Shown here one piece after another: positions 29,044 to 38,799 of a stretch of 64,000 nucleotides of DNA. A program made the position numbers and the translations under genes. Under the pieces are notes generated by a model. It made no database searches. It was given only the letters and a program-made list of their open reading frames with translations, and was not told the origin of the DNA. The stretch comes from a candidate division FCPU426 bacterium. Its GTDB lineage: Bacteria > Oederibacteriota > Muellerivitia > Muellerivitales > Muellerivitaceae. The first letter of the stretch is position 1. Every line of letters begins with the position of its first letter. The stretch covers positions 10,006 to 74,005 of the forward strand of contig CAVRAL010000002.1 in NCBI GenBank assembly GCA_963719085.1. Direction: 5' to 3'.

Positions 29044-29955
29044 TCTTTTGTAGTATTCGACGGTTTCCTGAATTCCTGTCCTCAAATCCCGCGACGGCTC
29101 CCACTTTAAAAGCTTTTTCGCTTTCGAGGGGTCCAAAACACTTTTGCCCAAATCGCCCAACCGGGCCACCGTCTTTTTGGGCGGCTTGGAATAACCGGTG
29201 GCCTTCGCCAAGGTCTCAAAAAGATCCAACGTGCTGGTGCCCACACCCGTTCCAATGTTAAACACATCGTTCTTCGGATAATCCAGCGCCAGCAGGCTGG
29301 CCCGGGCCACATCCTTGACATAGACATAATCGCGCAAATGATAGCCGTCCCCGAAAATTTGAAAGTCCCCTTGGGTCAGCATGCCGTGGGTAAAGATGGC
29401 CACCACTCCGCCTTCCCCCAAAGCGTCCTGCCGGGGGCCATATACATTGGCGTAGCGAAGAATGACATAGTCCAACCCGAAATTTTGGGCGAAAACATCC
29501 GTATAAAGCTCGACAGTGTATTTGCTGGCCCCGTAAACCGAGAAGGGATGGGCCGGTTGGGTTTCCAAGAAAGGCTTGTCCGTCATTTCGCCGTACTGGG
29601 CGCCGCCCGAGGAGGCGTAGATAAATTTCTTCACCCCCGCCCGGCGGCAAAGATCCAAAAGCAGGACCGACCCCAGCACGTTCAGCTTCACGTCGAAGTA
29701 AGGGTCTTCCAGGGACGCCTTCACCTTAATTTGGGCGGCATGGTGGTTGACCGCGTCGATTTTTTCATCTTGGATGATCTGCTGGAGCTTCTCGTCCATC
29801 AGGTCCATGGCGTAGAACTTGGCCTTAGGATTAAGGTTTTCCTTTTTGCCCGTGGAAAGATCGTCCACGACCACCACCGAGTGTCCCGCTTCCAAATAAG
29901 CGTCCACCACGTGGCTGCCGATGAAGCCGGCCCCGCCGGTCACGAGAATCTTCAC
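29038..29955 (-). CDS. NAD-dependent epimerase/dehydratase (UDP-glucose 4-epimerase-like)
   Basis: TGGAGFIG, YGASK, RYANVYGPRQ; GTG start with a GAGGT RBS. Confidence 0.93.
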   Translation of the reverse strand: MKILVTGGAGFIGSHVVDAYLEAGHSVVVVDDLSTGKKENLNPKAKFYAMDLMDEKLQQIIQDEKIDAVNHHAAQIKVKASLEDPYFDVKLNVLGSVLLLDLCRRAGVKKFIYASSGGAQYGEMTDKPFLETQPAHPFSVYGASKYTVELYTDVFAQNFGLDYVILRYANVYGPRQDALGEGGVVAIFTHGMLTQGDFQIFGDGYHLRDYVYVKDVARASLLALDYPKNDVFNIGTGVGTSTLDLFETLAKATGYSKPPKKTVARLGDLGKSVLDPSKAKKLLKWEPSRDLRTGIQETVEYYKRS

Positions 29956-30059
29956 GAAATCACCTCATCCATCTTGCCCGTTCCGGCAACCGCACATTCA
30001 TGATGGTTCAAATATAAAAAAGGGATGAGGCCCGCGCCCCCATTAACTAAAGTTTTCAT
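29952..30059 (-). pseudogene. 35-codon remnant resembling an epimerase N-terminus
   Basis: MKTLVNGGAGLI...TGK versus downstream MKILVTGGAGFI...TGK; own AAGGTGAGGT RBS; stop overlaps the epimerase GTG. Confidence 0.5.
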
Positions 30060-30112
30060 AAAAACAGACCTCACCTTTATTGGGAAGAAAAAGTTTAAGC
30101 GGGCGGGAAAAC

Positions 30113-30451
30113 TTAAAAAACGAAAAGGTTCCATAGAAAAATCAAAACCACGATGGCTAAAAGGGCTACCACGCCGATCGCGATGGTTTTTTGCCAATCC
30201 CACTCGACGTTTTGGACCTTTTCACCCATGGGGGCGACGCCCAGGTTTTCGCCTTCTTGGCGGTGCGCGCAACGGTCCGTTGGAAAGCGCTTCTCCACCC
30301 AGCTTTCCCGCCAACAGGAACGGCAAACTTTTTTAAGGCAATGCGGGCATTCTTTGAATCCCAAGGGATAGAGGGTCAGGGTGGTGTCGCAAATTTGGCA
30401 GCGCTGGGGGTCATTAATGGAGGTTGAGGTTTTTGAGGTCAATTTGGGCAA
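30113..30451 (-). CDS. Cys-rich zinc-finger protein with a C-terminal membrane anchor
   Basis: CQIC-x13-CPHC-x4-CRSC-x14-CAH, then a terminal hydrophobic helix; TTG at 30451 with a GAGGAAGG RBS. Confidence 0.72.
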   Translation of the reverse strand: MPKLTSKTSTSINDPQRCQICDTTLTLYPLGFKECPHCLKKVCRSCWRESWVEKRFPTDRCAHRQEGENLGVAPMGEKVQNVEWDWQKTIAIGVVALLAIVVLIFLWNLFVF

Positions 30452-30520
30452 GCCTTCCTCCGCGAGCGATACGATGAGGGCCAAAGTTTACATGGAAAAA
30501 AGCCTTTTACCAAGCAACTT

Positions 30521-31663
30521 CTAGCGCCGGACGCCCGCCAGCATCTTAAACGCCGCCAATGTTTGGGAAGCGCTGTGTTCCCATCGGAAAAGCGAAACCC
30601 GGGCCTGGCCCTTTCGCTTCAGATCCGCCGCCAAGGCCGGGTCCAGTATGCGTTGAAAAGCCTGGCACCATTCCTGGATGCTGGTGGGCTCCACCAGCAA
30701 GGCCGCGTCCCCGGCCACTTCGGGGATCGCGGCGCTGTTGGAAGCCAGAACGGGTGTCCCGCATCCCATAGCCTCCAGCAGCGGAAGCCCAAAACCTTCC
30801 TTCAGCGAGGGAAACACGAAGGCGTCGGCGCCTGAATAAAGCGCGGGCAGATCTTCCGGCGAAACGTATTGAATCCAACGGACCTTCTGGGCCAAGGCCG
30901 GGGACTGGATAAAATGAAGGAAATCTTCCCCGATCCATCCCTTGGGCCCGGCCAGGATTAATTCATGAGGGGTATTTTGGCGTTGTTTAAAAAGAAGAAA
31001 GGCGTGGACCAAGCGGAGCAGATTTTTTCGCGGCTCCAAGGTTCCCACGAATAAAAAATAATGGTCTTTCAACCGGTAATGATCCCGCACCTTTTGGATC
31101 CGGTCCGCGGGAGCGGGCCGGCTGAATTCTTTGGAAAGGCCGTGGGGAATCACCCGGATTTTGGAATCGGGCAGCCCCGCGAATTGGCGGGTCAATTCCT
31201 GCCGGTTGAACTCCGAACAAGTTAGGATTAAATCGACCTTCTCTTCCTGCTTCTCGATATTCTTTTTGAAATTCTTGAAATCCGTCCCCTGCCCCCATTC
31301 CGGATTGGTGAGGTAAGCCAAGTCATGGACGAAAAGAACCTGCTTGCCTGTTTTTTGCGGCAGGGGCAGGTAGTTGGGATAAAAACAGATGTCCGCGGGG
31401 CGCCCCAAAAGTGATTCCATCGTCGGCGTTCCCAAGGTATTCCAAGTCATCTTGAGCGCGGTCCAGGGATAATGGGTGGCGTTGACCGAAATAAACCGGT
31501 TTTCCGGAACCCGGGACCTTTCTTCCGGCGTCGGGCTGTTCATCCAGACAATGAGCTTGTCTTCTTCCAAGTGATGGGAAATCGCTTCCAACAAATGGGT
31601 TAAATACCATCCCGCGCCTGTGCGCGCTCCCTGTAAGCAAGTGCCGTCGATTCCAATAATCAC
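30521..31663 (-). CDS. Glycosyltransferase family 4
   Basis: [25 protein letters not shown]. Confidence 0.93.
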   Translation of the reverse strand: MIIGIDGTCLQGARTGAGWYLTHLLEAISHHLEEDKLIVWMNSPTPEERSRVPENRFISVNATHYPWTALKMTWNTLGTPTMESLLGRPADICFYPNYLPLPQKTGKQVLFVHDLAYLTNPEWGQGTDFKNFKKNIEKQEEKVDLILTCSEFNRQELTRQFAGLPDSKIRVIPHGLSKEFSRPAPADRIQKVRDHYRLKDHYFLFVGTLEPRKNLLRLVHAFLLFKQRQNTPHELILAGPKGWIGEDFLHFIQSPALAQKVRWIQYVSPEDLPALYSGADAFVFPSLKEGFGLPLLEAMGCGTPVLASNSAAIPEVAGDAALLVEPTSIQEWCQAFQRILDPALAADLKRKGQARVSLFRWEHSASQTLAAFKMLAGVRR

Positions 31664-31877
31664 GCGATAGGCCCCTCACGATAAGAATAATTCTCGTTGA
31701 ACCCCAAAAGGCATTTTACGACACCCGGCTTGCTGTTTTTTAATATATAAGAGCGGAGCGCCGAGACGTTAAGAAAATCGAGCGGAAGCAATAAGGATAA
31801 ATTCCATAACAACAAGTTTCTTGCCCGGAATCAGGGCTTGAAAATTATGTTGTTTTTTTGGTTGGGGGGTTAAAAGC

Positions 31878-32981
31878 TCATCGTTTCGCGTCCGACTTCC
31901 GGGCCACGGCGTAAAGCAAAAGCCAATTCACCAGAAAGGAACTCTTCATCGAAAACCCGTTCGCCGCCAAGGTTTGGCTCATGCGGCTTTTCGTGAAATG
32001 ATTGATATGGCCGCAGCGGTATTTGTGATACTGGCTTCCCCGGATATATCCCATGTAAAAGCAGTTGATGTTGAACAGGATGAAAAAAGGGCCCAAGAAA
32101 ACATCATAAGGAACCGTAATCAGGAAAGTTCCGTTGGGCTTCAAGATCCGGCGCACTTCCTTCAAGACCCCTTCCAAATCCAGGATATGTTCCAATGTCT
32201 CCGTCATGATCACCAAGTCGTAGGAAGCGGTCGCCAGGCCGGTTTTACCCAAATTGCCCGTCACCTTGAAGTCTTTCAAGCGCTTATTCTTTTTCGCCCA
32301 GCCCAGCATTTTGGGGTTAATATCCACCCCCGTCACCGGCAAGGAATGGACATTCCACCAGCAATTTCCGCATCCCAAGTCCGCGACCTTCATGCCCTTT
32401 TTATAGTGGGCTTCGACAAATTGGGTTAATTTTTCATAGCGGGAGCGGTGATACCAAGCGCGGAACTTGCTGACCTTTGCCTCATTGGTTTGGTCGTCAT
32501 AATAACTTTCATTCATCTCCAGATACTCCACCTCGGCCAAATGGGCTGAACCGAAAGTGGAAATGCGGACGAACAAGGTGTTGGAGATCGAGAGAATGAC
32601 CAGGGTCAACAGAATGGCGACCCAGACGCTCAAATGGACCCATTGAAAAAGGGCGAAAAAAATGAGCGCGCTGCCCAGCGCCGTCCATACATATAGAAAC
32701 CATTGAATGGCTCCCGGCGTGCGGAATTGAATTTCCTCGTTGACGTAAACCGTCCGGTAATAAACGTGATGAAAGGCTTCATTTAAAAAGGTACTGCAAA
32801 AACAAGCCAGGGCGGGATTCCATTGGAACAAAGCGTAAAGGACCACGAACACACCCAGGTTTAAAGCGCTTCCTAAAATGCCGCCCAAAAGAAAAACCAA
32901 GGCGTCCGGATGCCGCAAACGGCCAGTCAAGCCCAAGGCCGGATTTTTACCCGCGATCGGGAGCTCTGATTTTTTTCGCAT
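31878..32981 (-). CDS. GtrA-like membrane domain fused to a class I SAM-dependent methyltransferase
   Basis: Four N-terminal TM segments, then VADLGCG, GVDI, ETLEH, RILKP.G...ITVP; ATG at 32981 with a GGAG RBS. Confidence 0.78.
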   Translation of the reverse strand: MRKKSELPIAGKNPALGLTGRLRHPDALVFLLGGILGSALNLGVFVVLYALFQWNPALACFCSTFLNEAFHHVYYRTVYVNEEIQFRTPGAIQWFLYVWTALGSALIFFALFQWVHLSVWVAILLTLVILSISNTLFVRISTFGSAHLAEVEYLEMNESYYDDQTNEAKVSKFRAWYHRSRYEKLTQFVEAHYKKGMKVADLGCGNCWWNVHSLPVTGVDINPKMLGWAKKNKRLKDFKVTGNLGKTGLATASYDLVIMTETLEHILDLEGVLKEVRRILKPNGTFLITVPYDVFLGPFFILFNINCFYMGYIRGSQYHKYRCGHINHFTKSRMSQTLAANGFSMKSSFLVNWLLLYAVARKSDAKR

Positions 32982-33242
32982 TTTTTTCTCCGTGAATGCC
33001 AAGGATAAGGAGGCTGTAAGAATTTCATTAACCGCGTCGGATAAACCAGGCTGGGTTTTTCAATAGCCCGTCAAAACGATATCAGGTCCGCTTCGCGGCC
33101 CCGCGCGTCAACCCTATATCCCCCTAGTATAAGTCCCTTTTTTGAAAAGGAAACCCGGCAGAGCCCCCTAAACAACGAAGCGGACAGGAAAACCGCCCGA
33201 AGTCCGGTCAGCGCGATGCTTTTTGGGAAATTTCGCGATCCT

Positions 33243-34388
33243 CTAAAACCCGCAAAATGCGCGAAGATATTTCAGTTCATCCACCGGTTTATAATTCGAT
33301 TTCATTTTCGACAATGTTCTACGATTTTTCCAGGCCATTTCCAAGGCGGCGGTCATGGAATCCAATGAGCCGTTTTTAAAAACCAACCCCTTACTGTATT
33401 TACGTCCTTCCCAACCTAACCAACCATAATCGCAAGTCAGGATGATTTTGCCGAGCAGGGCCGCCTGGGCAAAAACCGCTGAAGACCCAATGTGTTTTCG
33501 ATAAGGGAGGCACACCACGTCCATCTGGTTCAAGAGACGCCAATAATCCCGGTCGCCGAGGAATTCATCCCGAAATCGCAACCGCCGAACGCCCATGCGG
33601 GCTTGGGCGGAAAGGATATTTTCAAGCAAATGGGTGGTCCGCAATTCACCCGCGATCAAGAGACTCGCGCTTTGGGGTAAACGGGCGCGTTGGAACGCCG
33701 CCAACAAAAGGTCGGCGCCCTTACGAAAATCCAGGCAGCCAATGATGCCAAAACAAAGTTTCGCCTTCTTAACTGGTTTTCGATCACCGCGCTTGACCGA
33801 ACCGTGGCCCCTGAAGAGGGGGGGATCGGACACCCCGGTCAACTTGGTCCCCTGTTCACGACGCATTTTCTGAACTGCGTAATCATCATAGTAAAGAACC
33901 CGAACACCGGCTTTTTGTTGCAGGAAGAACGAAACCCAATTCTTGACCCGGCGCCAAAGATGAAACCCGGGATAGGGGGCGTCCAAACGCAAAACACCGC
34001 AACGGACCTCAATTCCAAATTTTCTGAAGCCCAATAACCGGCCGACCCCGATCAGCGGGACCACTTTATCCGCAGTCGGAAACAAAACGCGGCCGCAACC
34101 CCGCGCTTCCGCCGTCCGGGCCACCCGGGAAAATTCGCGCCATCGATCAAACTGGTTTTCGGGGCGAATATCGGAAAAAATCAATGTTTCAAACCGATTT
34201 TCGATTTTTTTGAGGTTTACTTTATAGGGCACCGAACCCAAAACTTCCCGGGTCGTCGCGAACAAAGGCTTGATTCCGGTGACTTGGTACGCGTGGCTCA
34301 ACAAAAGACGCGCGTGGGCCAGGCGATGGCCCCCGGGGTCATCCTCGAAAACACAGACTTGTCGGGTTTCCTTCCCTTTGATCCCCAT
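33243..34388 (-). CDS. Glycosyltransferase, GT-B fold (GT4-like)
   Basis: GGH near the N-terminus, RKGADLL, DVVCLPY...SS....A. Confidence 0.78.
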   Translation of the reverse strand: MGIKGKETRQVCVFEDDPGGHRLAHARLLLSHAYQVTGIKPLFATTREVLGSVPYKVNLKKIENRFETLIFSDIRPENQFDRWREFSRVARTAEARGCGRVLFPTADKVVPLIGVGRLLGFRKFGIEVRCGVLRLDAPYPGFHLWRRVKNWVSFFLQQKAGVRVLYYDDYAVQKMRREQGTKLTGVSDPPLFRGHGSVKRGDRKPVKKAKLCFGIIGCLDFRKGADLLLAAFQRARLPQSASLLIAGELRTTHLLENILSAQARMGVRRLRFRDEFLGDRDYWRLLNQMDVVCLPYRKHIGSSAVFAQAALLGKIILTCDYGWLGWEGRKYSKGLVFKNGSLDSMTAALEMAWKNRRTLSKMKSNYKPVDELKYLRAFCGF

Positions 34389-34522
34389 TTTCTCCCTTTA
34401 AACTGGCAATCGATCCCTTCGCCATCATGGTAAAGATAAAAAGAGTCGAGCTTATCTAAATTGAATCCGTGTCAAAATCACCAAGAGTTTTATTCAGCAA
34501 CTGATTTTTTTCCCGATGGTAA

Positions 34523-35986
34523 TTAGGGCTTGATCCTCAAGACGGACTTCAGGCTGGCTAAATCATCATGGTTTAATCCACCGGCACCCCAAATAATCGC
34601 GCCATAGACGAATGGCCCCAATGCCAACCAATAGAGACCGGGACTTTCGTGTATTCCAATCCCCATGATGACCGAGGCAAGAACGCCGGCCAGCAGGCTT
34701 CGCCTAAACCCGAAATCTAAAATTTGGAAATGCCCGCGGGTCATCCCCAATACCCACCCCAGGAACACCAACTCGCAAAAAGTTGAAACGGCCGCAGCCC
34801 CCGTCCCCCCCCACCGGGGGATCACCAAAAAATTAGCCGAAACGTTCAGGATGAAAAGCCAAAAAAATAGACCGGTTAACCGACCGGGGGCCTGCACCGC
34901 CAGTAAATTAACCGAAGGCTTTGTGCCAAAATGAAGAAAAATGGAAAGGGCTAATAAAGCGAAAATCGGGCCAGCGGCCTCGTAGGATGGGCCAAACAAA
35001 AAAGCCATCAAGGAATTAGCCAAAAGAAACCCGCCCACAGTCAAAGGCAATCCCATTAAAACGAGAAGTTTAAGTGATCGAGTCGCCAACCGCTTCAGAT
35101 CTTCCGATTGATCACGGGCCGCGGAAAATGACGGTAGGGTCGAAATACCGAAATGGTCTGAAACCATGAAGACAACAAAAAGCAGACGTCCGGCCATGTC
35201 GTAAAGGGCTACAGCCTCGTTGCCCGAGTAATTCTTAAGAATGACGCTGTCCACCCGGTAATAAAGCATCTGAAGGGTTCCAAAGGCCGCGAACGGAATG
35301 GACCGTTTCAAAATGTCCAAAATTTCCGCCCACCGCAATCGGGACCATTGGAAAGACCAGCCTTGGCGCCTTCCAATCGCGATCAAAGGAATCAGGGTGA
35401 GAACAGATACCGCCACCCAAACCCAACAAGCCGATACGATCCGCCCTCCCAAATAAACCACCACCACAATTCCCAGCATCCGTAAAAAAGCCGAACCCAA
35501 GGAGATTATTCCTTGTAAGGCCATTCTCTCATGGGCCTGTAGCAGAATGCTGTAGCCGCCTCCCGGAGCTTCGAACAAAAGCCTCAAACCCAACACCCCC
35601 ATCGCCATGCACAAAAGGGGTTCATAATGCAAAAGACGCCCCAAGAAAATCAAAACGGCTGTAAAAAACAAGGAGGTCCATGCCCGGGTGGTGACGATGG
35701 TTCGAAGGTAATCGTTGGAACGACTTTTATCTCGCGCCACATCCCGAACCGCCAAGGCGCCGATTCCCAGCCCTGTCAAGGTGGAGAAAATCGTCACCCA
35801 ATTGACCGCAGTGGCGTACTGGCCATAGTCATTTCGACTCCAATGATGGGCAAGAAAAAGGACGGTCAACCAAGTGAAAAACCGGGAAAAGATCTCGGCA
35901 CTCGTGAGGGAAATCGAATTTCGGGCGGCTCGTCGGGCCCGGCCCGAAGATGCGGAAGGGGGTGGCGGCTGGATTTCGGATTCCAT
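34523..35986 (-). CDS. Wzx-type polysaccharide flippase
   Basis: Many TM helices, YGQY, LYYRVD, LIP.WG..GAA-like motifs. Confidence 0.9.
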   Translation of the reverse strand: MESEIQPPPPSASSGRARRAARNSISLTSAEIFSRFFTWLTVLFLAHHWSRNDYGQYATAVNWVTIFSTLTGLGIGALAVRDVARDKSRSNDYLRTIVTTRAWTSLFFTAVLIFLGRLLHYEPLLCMAMGVLGLRLLFEAPGGGYSILLQAHERMALQGIISLGSAFLRMLGIVVVVYLGGRIVSACWVWVAVSVLTLIPLIAIGRRQGWSFQWSRLRWAEILDILKRSIPFAAFGTLQMLYYRVDSVILKNYSGNEAVALYDMAGRLLFVVFMVSDHFGISTLPSFSAARDQSEDLKRLATRSLKLLVLMGLPLTVGGFLLANSLMAFLFGPSYEAAGPIFALLALSIFLHFGTKPSVNLLAVQAPGRLTGLFFWLFILNVSANFLVIPRWGGTGAAAVSTFCELVFLGWVLGMTRGHFQILDFGFRRSLLAGVLASVIMGIGIHESPGLYWLALGPFVYGAIIWGAGGLNHDDLASLKSVLRIKP

Positions 35987-36107
35987 AAGCCTCCTGCAAG
36001 ATGTTCGGATGCCGGGTAAAACTCTCCAAAAAATCTTAAGCCGAAAAACGGGCCACAGAAATCACACGGGTATTTTCACAGCCCATAGGCAAAAGTTCCA
36101 TGTCAAT

Positions 36108-37091
36108 TTATGGAGCGACCTGTTTCATATACCGATGGATTTCCATCCACTTTATCCCGCATTGATGCCTCAATGTTTTTTTCAAACAGGGCGGCCAAAC
36201 GGCCATCGCGGCGATCAGCAGGCCGTCGATCCCCAATAAAATAACGAGCGCGGGCAAAGACAAAAGGGTTTCCCACCAATTAAAAGACATGTATTTTCGA
36301 TAAATAAGAACTTTTTCCGCTCTTTTCAAAAAACCTATTGCCGCCGCCCGGGTCGCCAAAAACAGCACCTTCCCGGCCGACCGGGCTGGCCAATGTGTGA
36401 GGGGGCTACAGAGCCGCATCATCCTTTTTTCAATGAACTTAGCCGGGACACTCGTCAAATCTTGTCTTTCATGATACATGTTCAATTTGGGGTCCACCCA
36501 AAAAGGATAGCCCAGCTTGGAGGCGTATCGCGTCGCGTAAACGTCTCCTCCGAGGCGGGCGGTAAAGGGGCCAAAAGGCGGTTTTTTGAATCGACTCTTT
36601 CGCAGAACCAAATTATGGGACATGGGCGCCTGGTCCATGAGGCTTCTTTCTCCGGCATGCAGATGCCCGTAGGTTAAAAGAGCTTCCAAACGCGCCCAAT
36701 AAGAACTTCCCATATAAAAGGACGCCCCGGCGACCCCCCCCAGCGAAGGATTGGCTTCCAAGCGGCGGACAGCGTTGGTCGCGTAACCTGGGCCCGGTCG
36801 GCAATCACTGTCCCAAAAAGCCACAAAACCGCCCCGGGCCGCCTTAAACCCGGCGTTCTTGAGTCCGTAATAACCCACTCGGGGGACCACCACCCATTTA
36901 AAATTTTTTGACGGAAAGGAAAAGGCGGGCGGATAATTGGCCGCCACAATGAGCTCAAAACGGCCGTCCGGAAAGGCCCGTTTCAGTTCAGCATGAAAAA
37001 AACGGATGGATTTTTCCAAGGAAAAAATCTCGGTTATTTCGCGGGTACTCGCTTCGGTCACGACGGAAAGCATGGGTTGGCGGTGGATCAT
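36108..37091 (-). CDS. Glycosyltransferase family 2
   Basis: LSVV, KNAGFKAARGGFVAFWDSD (DxD), C-terminal TM. Confidence 0.78.
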   Translation of the reverse strand: MIHRQPMLSVVTEASTREITEIFSLEKSIRFFHAELKRAFPDGRFELIVAANYPPAFSFPSKNFKWVVVPRVGYYGLKNAGFKAARGGFVAFWDSDCRPGPGYATNAVRRLEANPSLGGVAGASFYMGSSYWARLEALLTYGHLHAGERSLMDQAPMSHNLVLRKSRFKKPPFGPFTARLGGDVYATRYASKLGYPFWVDPKLNMYHERQDLTSVPAKFIEKRMMRLCSPLTHWPARSAGKVLFLATRAAAIGFLKRAEKVLIYRKYMSFNWWETLLSLPALVILLGIDGLLIAAMAVWPPCLKKTLRHQCGIKWMEIHRYMKQVAP

Positions 37092-37151
37092 CGCTTTTTC
37101 CTGGCGGCATTTGTCCGGGAGCGGTCATCGGCCGGGACAATGAAAAATAAT

Positions 37152-37904
37152 TCAGCCTGCCTTGGAGCTCCCATAAGTCCCCTTCCAGCTGTTCCACCGG
37201 ATTAGGAAAAGTTCCATCAGGGTTCGAAAGGAATCCCGAACAGCGTTCACTTTAGATCCGGGAGCGTCAAACCATTGGACCGAGGTTTCCAAGACCTGAA
37301 ACCCTTTTTTACGGGCGATGAATAAAAGTTCCACGTCAAACCCAAAACCGTCGATAGTCTGAAGGGGAAAAATAGCTTTGGCGGCCCGGTGGCTGAAGGC
37401 CTTGAACCCGCATTGGGTATCCCATAAACCCGGCGTGGCCAAAAGTTGGACCAAGAGGTTCCCCACCCGGCCGATCGCCTGCCGGTAAAGGGGTTGACTC
37501 ACCATCACTTGGCTTCGGTCCGTCGCGCGGCTTCCAATCACCACTTCAAACCCGCGGTTTAAGCCGGGACTGAGCTTCTCAAACTCCGAAAGGGGCGTCG
37601 CGTTGTCCGCGTCCATATAAAGCACCACCCGGCCCTGGGCTTCAAGGACGCCCGTTCGGACCGCGGCGCCCTTTCCCCGGTTGACCGGATGTTTTAATAG
37701 TTTCATCAGTTTCTGGGCTCTTTTCCTTTTTCGAAAAGCCTCGACCACTTGGATGGTGGCGTCCGTCGAACCATCGTCGACCAGGATGATTTCGGCCTTG
37801 ATCCGGCTCAGTTTCAGATAGGCGAGGGATTTCTCCAAAGTCTTCTCAATCCGCCCCTCTTCGTTATAAATCGGGATAACCACCGACAGGTCGAGACGGC
37901 TCAC
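37152..37904 (-). CDS. Polyprenyl-phosphate glycosyltransferase (dolichyl-phosphate beta-glucosyltransferase-like GT2)
   Basis: VIPIYNE, DDGS, NRGKG.AV, DAD, DTQCGFK, FDVE; GTG at 37904 overlaps the rfbD stop. Confidence 0.9.
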   Translation of the reverse strand: MSRLDLSVVIPIYNEEGRIEKTLEKSLAYLKLSRIKAEIILVDDGSTDATIQVVEAFRKRKRAQKLMKLLKHPVNRGKGAAVRTGVLEAQGRVVLYMDADNATPLSEFEKLSPGLNRGFEVVIGSRATDRSQVMVSQPLYRQAIGRVGNLLVQLLATPGLWDTQCGFKAFSHRAAKAIFPLQTIDGFGFDVELLFIARKKGFQVLETSVQWFDAPGSKVNAVRDSFRTLMELFLIRWNSWKGTYGSSKAG

Positions 37905-38758
37905 GGCGCGACCTCCGTGAGATAGTCTTGGAGGGCCTCGGTCCAAGGCCGAAAGGAATGCCCGACGGCCTCGGCGGCTTTGGATAAATCAAAGCTGGAA
38001 TTGGCGGGACGGGGCGCCGGACGCAGGATATTTTCCGAAAGGGTGGGCACGATTTTGCAGGCCTTCAAACCGGTTTTTTTCTGAATTTCCAACGCGAAAT
38101 CATACCACGAGGTGTAATCCTGGTTGGCAAAATGGTAGATGCCAAAAGGGGCTTTTTTTTCAATCAGTTCTTTCACGAATAACGCCACATCCCGGGTAAA
38201 GGTAGGCGTGCCCGTCTGGTCCGTCACCACTTCGACTTTAGGCTTGTTGCGGAAAAGTTCCATCATGGTGGTGACGAAATTACGGCCTCCCGGCCCATAC
38301 AACCAAGAGGTTCGGATCAGGTAAAAATCGCACTTTTCATCCAAAAGCAAAGTCTCTCCCTGGCGCTTGGTTCGGCCATAAGCGTTGATGGGCTTGGGTT
38401 TATCGGTTTCAACATAAGGAGCCTCTTGGGTGCCGTCAAAAACATAATCGGTGGAGAAGTGAATGAAGGCGCGCCCGGTGCTGCGGCAAAATTTGGCCAG
38501 CCAGCCGACACCCACACCGTTGACCGCGAAAGCCTCCGAATACCAGGCCGCTTCCTCGCAGGCGTCCACCCGGGTAAAAGCGGCGCAATTGATCAGCCAG
38601 GAAAAAGAATGGTTCTCGAAGAAACGCTCCAAGGTGAAAGGTTTGGATAAGTCCGCCTCGTCACGCGACGGCGTCAAGACCGAATGCCCCGCTTGGCGGA
38701 GGATTTCGGCGATTTGAGCGCCCAACATGCCGGTGGATCCTAATAAAGCGACTTCCAA
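37901..38758 (-). CDS. rfbD: dTDP-4-dehydrorhamnose reductase
   Basis: GSTGMLG, NCAAFT.VD, STDYVFDG, YGRTK, RTSWLY, DQ.G.PT. Confidence 0.95.
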   Translation of the reverse strand: MEVALLGSTGMLGAQIAEILRQAGHSVLTPSRDEADLSKPFTLERFFENHSFSWLINCAAFTRVDACEEAAWYSEAFAVNGVGVGWLAKFCRSTGRAFIHFSTDYVFDGTQEAPYVETDKPKPINAYGRTKRQGETLLLDEKCDFYLIRTSWLYGPGGRNFVTTMMELFRNKPKVEVVTDQTGTPTFTRDVALFVKELIEKKAPFGIYHFANQDYTSWYDFALEIQKKTGLKACKIVPTLSENILRPAPRPANSSFDLSKAAEAVGHSFRPWTEALQDYLTEVAP

Positions 38759-38799
38759 ATGAATCTCCCTTAAGCCTCTTAATCCCTCACGAAGACCCT

